Below are positions 55,526-64,000 of a DNA stretch of 64,000 nucleotides, piece after piece. Location of the stretch: NCBI GenBank assembly GCA_036676985.1, contig JAKFBU010000027.1, forward strand, positions 160,001 through 224,000, in the 5' to 3' direction. The number at the start of each line of letters is the position of its first letter. Positions within the stretch are counted from its first letter, which is position 1. Origin of the DNA: Candidatus Sericytochromatia bacterium. GTDB lineage: Bacteria; Cyanobacteriota; Sericytochromatia; S15B-MN24; UBA4093. The position numbers were made by a program, and so were the translations under genes. Below the pieces are notes generated by a model, which did no database searches, was not told where the DNA came from, and was given only the letters and a program-made list of their open reading frames with translations.

Positions 55526-56382
55526 ACCGCACCGGCCCTTTCGGCACGGATGCGCCCCAGCTCGGCGAGCGTGACGTCCAGGCGCTCGTCGCGGCCGAGC
55601 GGCGTCACCTGGTGCGCCCGTCGCGCCTCGCGCGGATCGATGGTCACGGTCACCATGGCCTCGTCGAAGTAGGGCGCCTTGGCGAGCTCGCGGCCGAACG
55701 GATCGACCACCTCCGAACCGCCCCAGAAGCCCACCCCGTCCTCGAAGCCGATCCGGTTGGCGAAGACGACGTGCATGCCGTAGAGCTGGGCGTAGACCCG
55801 GATCATCTGCTCGTAGAGGCGCGCCGAGTCGGGGCGATCGCCCCCGAAGCCCCGGGCGGGCGACGCCGCCACCCCGATGAGCAGGTCCGCGCCGTCGGCG
55901 GCCGCCACCCCCACCGTGGAAGGATGCCACAGGTCCTCGCAGATGAGGAGCGCCGTCCGCCCGAAGGGACCGTCAAAGGCGCGGATCGCCGATCCGCTCG
56001 CCAGGAAGCGGCCCTCCTCGAACATGCCGTACGTGGGCAGATAGACCTTGCGGTGTACGTGCAGGAGGTCCCCGCCCGAGAAGTAGCCGGCGGAGATGTA
56101 GGTGCGATCGCCCGCACCGCGCTCGATGAAGCTCGCCACCACGTCGATCCGGCGCGAGAGCTCCCGCAGGGGGGCGAGGCGGTCGTCGTCGCGGGTGACG
56201 GCTAGCTCGCTCACCAGATCCTTGAGGAAGTACCCCGTCACGGACAGCTCCGGGAAGACGATGAGCTGAGAGCCCGCGGCAATGGCCGTCTCGGCCATGC
56301 GGCGGTGGGCCGCCAGGTTGGCGTCGAGGACGCCGAGCACCGGCGCGAACTGGGCGACCGAGACCTGGAAGGGCTGCATCAC
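55522..56382 (-). CDS. Carbon-nitrogen hydrolase (nitrilase superfamily)
   Basis: Catalytic triad E (FPEL), K (HRKVYLP), C (ICEDLW). Confidence 0.9.
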   Translation of the reverse strand: MMQPFQVSVAQFAPVLGVLDANLAAHRRMAETAIAAGSQLIVFPELSVTGYFLKDLVSELAVTRDDDRLAPLRELSRRIDVVASFIERGAGDRTYISAGYFSGGDLLHVHRKVYLPTYGMFEEGRFLASGSAIRAFDGPFGRTALLICEDLWHPSTVGVAAADGADLLIGVAASPARGFGGDRPDSARLYEQMIRVYAQLYGMHVVFANRIGFEDGVGFWGGSEVVDPFGRELAKAPYFDEAMVTVTIDPREARRAHQVTPLGRDERLDVTLAELGRIRAERAGAV

Positions 56383-56807
56383 TTGACGTTCAGTTGCGAG
56401 CGACCATTCTGGATGGTCGAGAGGGCGCGGGCGATCTTGGCCTCTAGCTCGGACAGAACCTCGTCGGCGTAGCGGTCGGCGCCCGCCTGCTGGACCTGCA
56501 TCTCCTGAGCGAGCTCCGCGCGGACCTTGTCGGCTTCGGCCTGGGCCCGGGCCATGACCTCGTTCTCGTCGATCATGCGGTTGGCGGCCTCGCGGGCGTC
56601 GGTCATGATGGCCTCGGCCCGGCGCTGCGCCTCTGCGAGCAGCTCGTCGCGCTGGGTCAAGAGCGCCTGGGCTTCCTCGATCTCCTTGGGCAAGGTCGCC
56701 CTCAGCTCCTCGAGGAGATCCAGGAGGCGCTCCTCATCTAGGATGGCGCGGGACGAAAACGGGACCTTGATGCTTTTGATCACGAGCTCTTCGATGGAGA
56801 AGAGCAA
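56379..56807 (-). CDS. Coiled-coil protein (DivIVA/ATP synthase b-like, coaD-associated); start uncertain (56807 TTG or 56825 ATC)
   Basis: VPFS...LDEE.LL.LL..LR..LP.EI..A pattern; A..YAD..L..LE. Confidence 0.75.
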   Translation of the reverse strand: MLFSIEELVIKSIKVPFSSRAILDEERLLDLLEELRATLPKEIEEAQALLTQRDELLAEAQRRAEAIMTDAREAANRMIDENEVMARAQAEADKVRAELAQEMQVQQAGADRYADEVLSELEAKIARALSTIQNGRSQLNVK

Positions 56808-56812
56808 CTGCT

Positions 56813-57334
56813 CTAGCTGGGAGATAGGACATTCCTCCTCGTGGACTCCCCCGGTTGGGAGCCGAACTTGGCGCGCAGGCGCTCCGCGACCAGATCGGGC
56901 ACCATGCCCGTCGTGGGTCCATGCATGGAGGCGATCTCACGCACGGTGCTCGACGACAGGAACAGGTACTCGGACGACGTCATCAGGAAGACGGTCTCGA
57001 CGTCGGGGTTGAGCTTCTTGTTGGTGAGGGCGATGCGCAGCTCGGCGTCGAAGTCAGAGACCGCCCGCAGGCCACGGATGAGGACCTTGGCGCCCTTGAG
57101 ACGGGCGTACTCGGCGGTGAGGCCGCTGAAGCTCTCGACCCTCACGCCCGGAATCCGCTCGGTCACCGCCCGGATCAGCTCGACCCGCTCCTCGATGCTG
57201 AAGAGCGAGTTCTTGGAGCGGTTGACCAGCACGGCGACCACGACCTCGTCGAAGAGGTGGCTCGCCCGCTCGATGATATCGAGGTGGCCGTTGGTGATCG
57301 GATCGAAGGATCCCGGATAGATCGCGAGCGACAC
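56813..57334 (-). CDS. coaD: Pantetheine-phosphate adenylyltransferase
   Basis: YPGSFDPITNGH, RGLR..SDF..E, SSS.VRE; GGGAGG RBS + GTG. Confidence 0.96.
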   Translation of the reverse strand: MSLAIYPGSFDPITNGHLDIIERASHLFDEVVVAVLVNRSKNSLFSIEERVELIRAVTERIPGVRVESFSGLTAEYARLKGAKVLIRGLRAVSDFDAELRIALTNKKLNPDVETVFLMTSSEYLFLSSSTVREIASMHGPTTGMVPDLVAERLRAKFGSQPGESTRRNVLSPS

Positions 57335-57383
57335 GTTGCCTCCCGACGGCGACACGGTCCAATCCGTGTCGTTTGACACAATT

Positions 57384-59399
57384 CTAGCCTGTCTCATTCC
57401 CCCCGGCAAGCCGATCCACGCCCTCGGCGGCCCATTTTTCGAACCGGGCGATCGCTTCGCTCGGACCGAGCACCAGGACCTGGTCGCCGACCGCCAGATG
57501 CTCCATGGCCCCTGGCACCGGCTTGACGGTGCCCTCACGGCGCAGGGCGAGCAGCACCACCCCTTGATCCGGCGGGTGCTCCAGCTCGTGGACGTGCCGC
57601 CTGGCCGCCTCGCTGTGCGGCTCGATCCGGAACCACCTGAGCGCAAGGCCCTCGGCGCTCAGGGGCGGCATGGCCTCGTAGTCCAACTCCGCATACTCGC
57701 GCAAGGCCACGTATCGGCGGGCCCGGATCTGGTGCAAGTACCGGGCGACCTCGTTGGGCGAGTAGCCATAAGCGACCAGGGCCCGCCGGACGGCCTCGAG
57801 GCTGGCCTCGAACTCGGGCTGGATGACCTCCTTGGCCCCCAGCGCGTAGAACCGATCGGTGTCGTCCGTGCGGTGCGCCCGCACCACCACGGGCAGCTGC
57901 GGCGCCTGGCGCTTGGCCTCGACCAGGCAAAGCTCGGCGCTCATAGAGTCCGGCAGGGCGATGATGAGCATCCTGGCATGCGTCAGGTTGCAGAACCGCA
58001 GGATCTCGGGCCGCGAGGCGTCCCCGAAGACCACCTCCTGGCCCGCGCCCCGCAGCCGTTCGGTGGTGTGGTGGCTGAGGTCCACCACCAGAAAGGGCAC
58101 CTTCCACCGCCGCAGCTCGTCGCCGATCTGGTGCCCCATGCGCCCGTAGCCCGCGATGACGACGTGGTGACGCAGGCGCGACGGCCGCTGACGCTCGAGC
58201 CGGAAGCCCCGCTCGCGCATGAGCCGGCGCCCGAACCGGTTGCGCTCGAGCAGGTTCGCCAGGGGGACGGTGGCGGCCATCAGGAAGGGTGCGAGCATCA
58301 AGGAGATGATGCTCGCCCCCATGATCGAGGCGAACCAGGTCGGTGGAACGAGGCGGTACTGCTGGCCCAGGCTCGCGAGGACGAAGGAGAACTCTCCGAT
58401 CTGCGCGAGCCCGAGCCCCACGGCGAGGGCGGTCCGCCCCGAGTAGCCGAACATGTAGGCGGTGAGGGCGCCGAGCACCGTCTTGCCCACCACGATGGAC
58501 CCGAGCAGCCACAGGATGGCCGGGGCGTTCTTCAAGGCGAGCTCCAGGTCGAGGAGCATGCCGAGCGACACGAAGAAGATGGTGGCGAACAGGCCCCGCA
58601 GCGGCAGGATCTCGGCGAGGGCCTGCTTGCTGTGGCGCGACTCGCTGATGACCAGCCCCGCGAGGAAGGCGCCGATGGCGGTACTGACGCCGAAGGACTG
58701 GGAGAGCAGGGCCAGCCCGAGGGCCATGACGAGCACGGCGAGGAAGAAGACCTCGTGACTGCCCAGGGCGGCGATGCCCGCCATGAAGCGCGGAACGAGG
58801 CGGGCCCCGAAGGTGAGGGCGAGGACCACGAAGAGGAGTCCGAGGGCGAGGTCCGCCGCGAACGCGAGGGAAAACAGCCCGGAGCCCGCGAGCCCCGGAA
58901 TCAGGAGCACCATGGGCAGCACGGCGAGGTCCTGGACGATGAGGATTCCCGTCAAGATGCGGCCGTAGGCGGCGTCCAGGTCGCCCCGGTCCGTGAGCAG
59001 GCGCAGCACCAGGGCCGTCGACGACAGGGCGAGCACGCAGCCGATGGCGACGCCGGAGGCGACCGATAGCCCGAAGGCCCGTCCCCCCAGCGTCACGATC
59101 AGGAGGGTCGCGAGGATCTGGAAGCTCCCCCCGAGGAGCGCCACGCGCCAGACCGGCTTGAGGTCGGCGAGCGAGAACTCGACGCCGAGCGCGAACATCA
59201 GGAAGACGACGCCCACCAGGGCGAGGCGATCGATCTGGACGGGATCCCGGATCCACTGGAGGGCGTGGGGCCCGATGAGGACGCCGCTCACCAGGTAGCC
59301 GAGGATGAGCGGCAGCCGGAGGCGGGTGGCGACGACCCCGCCGATGAGGGCCGCCACCATGGCGATCGTCAGATCCTGGAACAGGCTCGTCTCGGGCAT
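57384..59399 (-). CDS. CPA2 cation:proton antiporter with TrkA-N and TrkA-C (RCK) domains
   Basis: GVVFLMF.LG.EFS, LSST, QDL, GAFLAG, AQIGEFSF, GYGRMG, GDA, C-terminal RCK_C (L..GD.V.V.G). Confidence 0.92.
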   Translation of the reverse strand: MPETSLFQDLTIAMVAALIGGVVATRLRLPLILGYLVSGVLIGPHALQWIRDPVQIDRLALVGVVFLMFALGVEFSLADLKPVWRVALLGGSFQILATLLIVTLGGRAFGLSVASGVAIGCVLALSSTALVLRLLTDRGDLDAAYGRILTGILIVQDLAVLPMVLLIPGLAGSGLFSLAFAADLALGLLFVVLALTFGARLVPRFMAGIAALGSHEVFFLAVLVMALGLALLSQSFGVSTAIGAFLAGLVISESRHSKQALAEILPLRGLFATIFFVSLGMLLDLELALKNAPAILWLLGSIVVGKTVLGALTAYMFGYSGRTALAVGLGLAQIGEFSFVLASLGQQYRLVPPTWFASIMGASIISLMLAPFLMAATVPLANLLERNRFGRRLMRERGFRLERQRPSRLRHHVVIAGYGRMGHQIGDELRRWKVPFLVVDLSHHTTERLRGAGQEVVFGDASRPEILRFCNLTHARMLIIALPDSMSAELCLVEAKRQAPQLPVVVRAHRTDDTDRFYALGAKEVIQPEFEASLEAVRRALVAYGYSPNEVARYLHQIRARRYVALREYAELDYEAMPPLSAEGLALRWFRIEPHSEAARRHVHELEHPPDQGVVLLALRREGTVKPVPGAMEHLAVGDQVLVLGPSEAIARFEKWAAEGVDRLAGGNETG

Positions 59400-59530
59400 G
59401 TCACCCCTCCGCCGGACGCCTCGATTCTACACGGATCGGCCCCGATAAGTTTTCGTTAAAGGGCGTCAGGTTTTCGGCCCGGGGTGGAATAGAACCCTCG
59501 AGCGTCTGCATTCGATGGTACGAGGGCCGG

Positions 59531-60472
59531 ATGGATATTTCCGACTTGAACCCGCTCCCCGCGATCAAGCAAGGCTGGAAAGCCGTCGGGAACGCCAAGG
59601 ACGAGCTGGTCAAAGAGGTCAAGGAGGGCGTCGACGCCGTCCTCCCGGATCGCTTCGACAGCGTGCCTCGGCTCCCCGAGTACACCAAGATCCCGCCGGC
59701 CGCCCGGGCGGCGGCGGAGTTGCGTTCGCAGGGCATGAGCTATGTTCAGCGCCCGATCCGCAACGACGAGGGGAAGCCCCATGAGCCGGTGAACCTGGTC
59801 ATGACCGGCACCCAGGCGGAGATCGTCAACGCCCTCGAAAAGGCCGGCTGGACTCAGGCGGACAACGTGGACACGCTGAGCGGCCTCAAGACCGCTTACA
59901 CGATGCTCAACCGGATCACGCCGCTGCACAAGGCGTTCAACTATGACTACGAGAGCTCGCCCGTCAGCGACATGTTCCTCGACGGCAAGCGCTACGCCAT
60001 GGCGTTCAACAAGAACAACACGCACAACATGGCCCGCGACCACCTGCGCGTCTTCGAGACCGGCAAGACGGACGCCCAGGGCCGTCCCATCTGGGAGGTC
60101 GCGGCCACCCGCGACGTCGGGATCCACATCGACTTCAAAGAGCGCAAGGGCAGCCACGAGATCGACCACAACGTCGATCCCGAGCGCGACATGGTGCTCG
60201 CCGACTTGCTCGGCAGCGGCGAGATCGCGGACTGGCACATCGCCAAGGGGGAGCGGAGCCCGGAGGACGACCAGTCCCTTTCCACCAAGTACCAGACCGA
60301 TGGCAAGGTCTATCTGGTCGACCTGAAGCCCCGTCCCGACCTTGCCAGCGACCACCTGCTCCAGCAGCCGAGCAAGGTTCGCCAGGTGGTCCGAAAGCTG
60401 CCCGAGCCCGTGCAGGACAAGCTGCGCGCGGTCGACAAGAAGCTCACGGAGATGATGCACGGCTGGATGTAA
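59531..60472 (+). CDS. LssY C-terminal domain-like protein (stand-alone)
   Basis: EPVNLV..G.......AGW..AD, Y..SPVS..FL.G, R.HLR, AAT.D.G, H.ID.NVD.ERD, Y.TDG. Confidence 0.75.
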   Translation: MDISDLNPLPAIKQGWKAVGNAKDELVKEVKEGVDAVLPDRFDSVPRLPEYTKIPPAARAAAELRSQGMSYVQRPIRNDEGKPHEPVNLVMTGTQAEIVNALEKAGWTQADNVDTLSGLKTAYTMLNRITPLHKAFNYDYESSPVSDMFLDGKRYAMAFNKNNTHNMARDHLRVFETGKTDAQGRPIWEVAATRDVGIHIDFKERKGSHEIDHNVDPERDMVLADLLGSGEIADWHIAKGERSPEDDQSLSTKYQTDGKVYLVDLKPRPDLASDHLLQQPSKVRQVVRKLPEPVQDKLRAVDKKLTEMMHGWM

Positions 60473-60514
60473 TCAAGATGGCGCCCGCGGCACGGCCGGG
60501 GGCGCCTTTTGATT
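60471..60514 (+). terminator. Terminator-like hairpin after the LssY-like gene
   Basis: ggcgccc...gggcgcc followed by TTTT. Confidence 0.55.
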
Positions 60515-60586
60515 GGTGTCTAATGCTGGCTCCCGCGCGAGGGCAGGGTACGTGCATGGGGTCGCGGCGATCGTCGGGACGGCCGA

Positions 60587-60726
60587 CCCTGGATTCCCGC
60601 TTTCGCGGGAATGACGGGAGCGCCTGTTCAGGACTCAAGGGCAAGCGCTGGTACTCGTATCGAGGGTAAGCCCCTTTAGTGCAACGTCTGCGCTCCCGTC
60701 ACCCCCGCGAAAGCGGGGGTCCAGGG
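60587..60726. repeat. REP doublet (same CGTC family as 1977-2089)
   Basis: ccctggattcccgctttcgcgggaatgacgggagcgc (60587-60623) and gcgctcccgtcacccccgcgaaagcgggggtccaggg (60690-60726). Confidence 0.85.
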
Positions 60727-60794
60727 CCGGGCCGTACGGAAGCCGAGACGGTGAATTCCGCCATTTCAGGCAAGACGGTGCGGGGATACCGACC

Positions 60795-60827
60795 AAAACA
60801 AAGGCCCCCGGCATCGCCGGGGGCCTC
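60795..60827 (-). terminator. Intrinsic terminator of typA
   Basis: aggcccccggc-gat-gccgggggcct + tttgtttt on the - strand. Confidence 0.8.
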
Positions 60828-60842
60828 AGTTCTCTCAAGATC

Positions 60843-62621
<1,779 letters not shown>

Positions 62622-62682
62622 CAAAAGGCTCCTTAGAGTCAGGCCGCCGGCCCGAAGGTGATCAGCTTGCGCTAAAACTCTT

Positions 62683-62711
62683 ATTTTACTGAGGTCTGGG
62701 CCGACCGTCAA
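62683..62711 (-). promoter_or_regulatory. Sigma70 promoter of typA
   Basis: TTGACG-17nt-TAAAAT on the - strand. Confidence 0.75.
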
Positions 62712-62901
62712 AGCGCAGATCCTCTGGACGGGGTCCCTCCCATCCCCGCGCTCGTCCCGACGCGGGTCGAAGCCGACGTTTCCGCCGCCAAACCGGCGCT
62801 ATTCCTGGTTGCTCCTCGCTCGTTCCCATGTTAAGATTGCCTGGCTGAATTGCTGCCGCAAAACCAGCAAGTGCGCGCATCTTCACCAGTCAGAGGCCAC
62901 C

Positions 62902-64000
62902 TTGAATCGCTTGACGGTCGGCAAGATCTACTTCTACGCGGTCTCGCTCGTGGGGCTCGCCATCGCTGTGGCCGTGGGCCTGGATGCCAGCCAGTACGCG
63001 ACGCTGACGACCCCCCTCTTCCTGGGGCTCGCCCTCATCGCTGTCGCCACCGAACTCGTGGCTGTCCCGTTACCGCGCGGCGGGCGGGTCACGGCGAGCT
63101 TCGCCTTCCTCTTCGCCTCCTTGCTGACCCTCGGCCTCCTGCCGACCATCGCCATGGTCGTGGTCCTGTCGCTGGTCGCCAACCTCGCGGTCCAGCGCCG
63201 GCACTGGAGCCTCGCGACCTTCAACCTCGCCCAGTACACCCTTTCCTACGGTGCGGCCTACCTGGTGCTCATGCTGGGCGGTTTCGACCGGACGGCCACG
63301 GCCCTGGATCTGCACGATCTGCCGGTCCTCCTGGGCGCCACGCTTGTCCAGCTCGCCGTCAACATCGCGCTCGTCAACGGCTACATCGCCCTCGAGAAGC
63401 GCATCTCGCTCTGGCAGGTGCTCTGGGAGGACGACCGCTGGGAGTTCCTGTTCACCCTGGTCCTGAGCCCGCTCTCGGTCATGATGGTCGCCCTCTACAA
63501 GACCACCGGCTGGCAGGGCGCCGCCATGGTGCTCGTGCCCATCCTGGTCTCGGCGGTGCTGCTGGTGCTCCTGCTCAAGGTGCGCCAGTCGCGACAGGAT
63601 CTCGCGATCGCCCACCAGGAGCTCTCCATGCTCCAGCAGGTCGCCCAGCGCATCGGCTCCCAGATCGACCTGAGCCAGACGCTCACGCTCATCGCCGCCG
63701 AGCTCAAGCAGGTGATCCCGCACGACGAGTGCATGATCTTCCTCCTGGACGACTCCTCCAAGAAGCTGACGAGCCAGCGCACCCAGGAAGACGCGCCCCG
63801 AAAGACGCTCGAGCTCAAGGTCGGTGAGGGGCTCATCGGCCGGGTCGCCCAGGCCTCGGACTTCGTGCGCGTCGATCAGCTCTCGGGCGTGGTCACCGCC
63901 GAAGAGGAGCACCTGCAGGGCTTCCAGTCCGCCCTGTGCGTGCCCATCGTCGCCGAGGACAAGAACCTCGGGGTGATCGCCCTCTTCAATCGCGAGGCCC
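62902..64000 (+). CDS. Multi-TM membrane sensor + GAF domain signalling protein (partial; output domain beyond window)
   Basis: Not in ORF track. Open frame from TTG 62902: MNRLTVGKIYFYAVSLVGL... several TMs, FNLAQ, then GAF (GEGLIGRVA...SALCVPI...LGVI). Confidence 0.8.
   Translation, partial: MNRLTVGKIYFYAVSLVGLAIAVAVGLDASQYATLTTPLFLGLALIAVATELVAVPLPRGGRVTASFAFLFASLLTLGLLPTIAMVVVLSLVANLAVQRRHWSLATFNLAQYTLSYGAAYLVLMLGGFDRTATALDLHDLPVLLGATLVQLAVNIALVNGYIALEKRISLWQVLWEDDRWEFLFTLVLSPLSVMMVALYKTTGWQGAAMVLVPILVSAVLLVLLLKVRQSRQDLAIAHQELSMLQQVAQRIGSQIDLSQTLTLIAAELKQVIPHDECMIFLLDDSSKKLTSQRTQEDAPRKTLELKVGEGLIGRVAQASDFVRVDQLSGVVTAEEEHLQGFQSALCVPIVAEDKNLGVIALFNREA

Overview
GC-rich bacterial chromosomal segment. 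It carries about 60 protein-coding genes, mostly housekeeping: dnaE, rpsT, holA, lysA-cdaA-cdaR-uppS, der-plsY-rsmA, secDF, dnaX-mltG, PBP1A, coaD and typA. I found no rRNA, tRNA, CRISPR array, transposase or prophage. Several markers suggest a non-photosynthetic relative of Cyanobacteria such as Sericytochromatia (inference): lysA-cdaA-uppS synteny, two LpxB-like proteins, DnaE with the EY|CFN junction but no split intein, and no photosynthesis genes. Most interesting items: (1) an inverted pair of dif/Xer-like 28-bp sites upstream of a wHTH + KaiC-like ATPase operon that converges on an orphan histidine kinase; (2) a membrane TPR protein with four tandem MshEN-like (c-di-GMP) modules; (3) an Mrp/ApbC + Cys-tailed MarR operon with a palindrome over its own -10; (4) a GH3 + hydrolase + GNAT-like locus; (5) an O-antigen-ligase/LpxB-like fusion in a glycolipid locus; (6) two families of REP-like doublets. 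All calls come from reading motifs by eye; no database searches were run. Many starts were moved from the ORF track using RBS and family N-termini.
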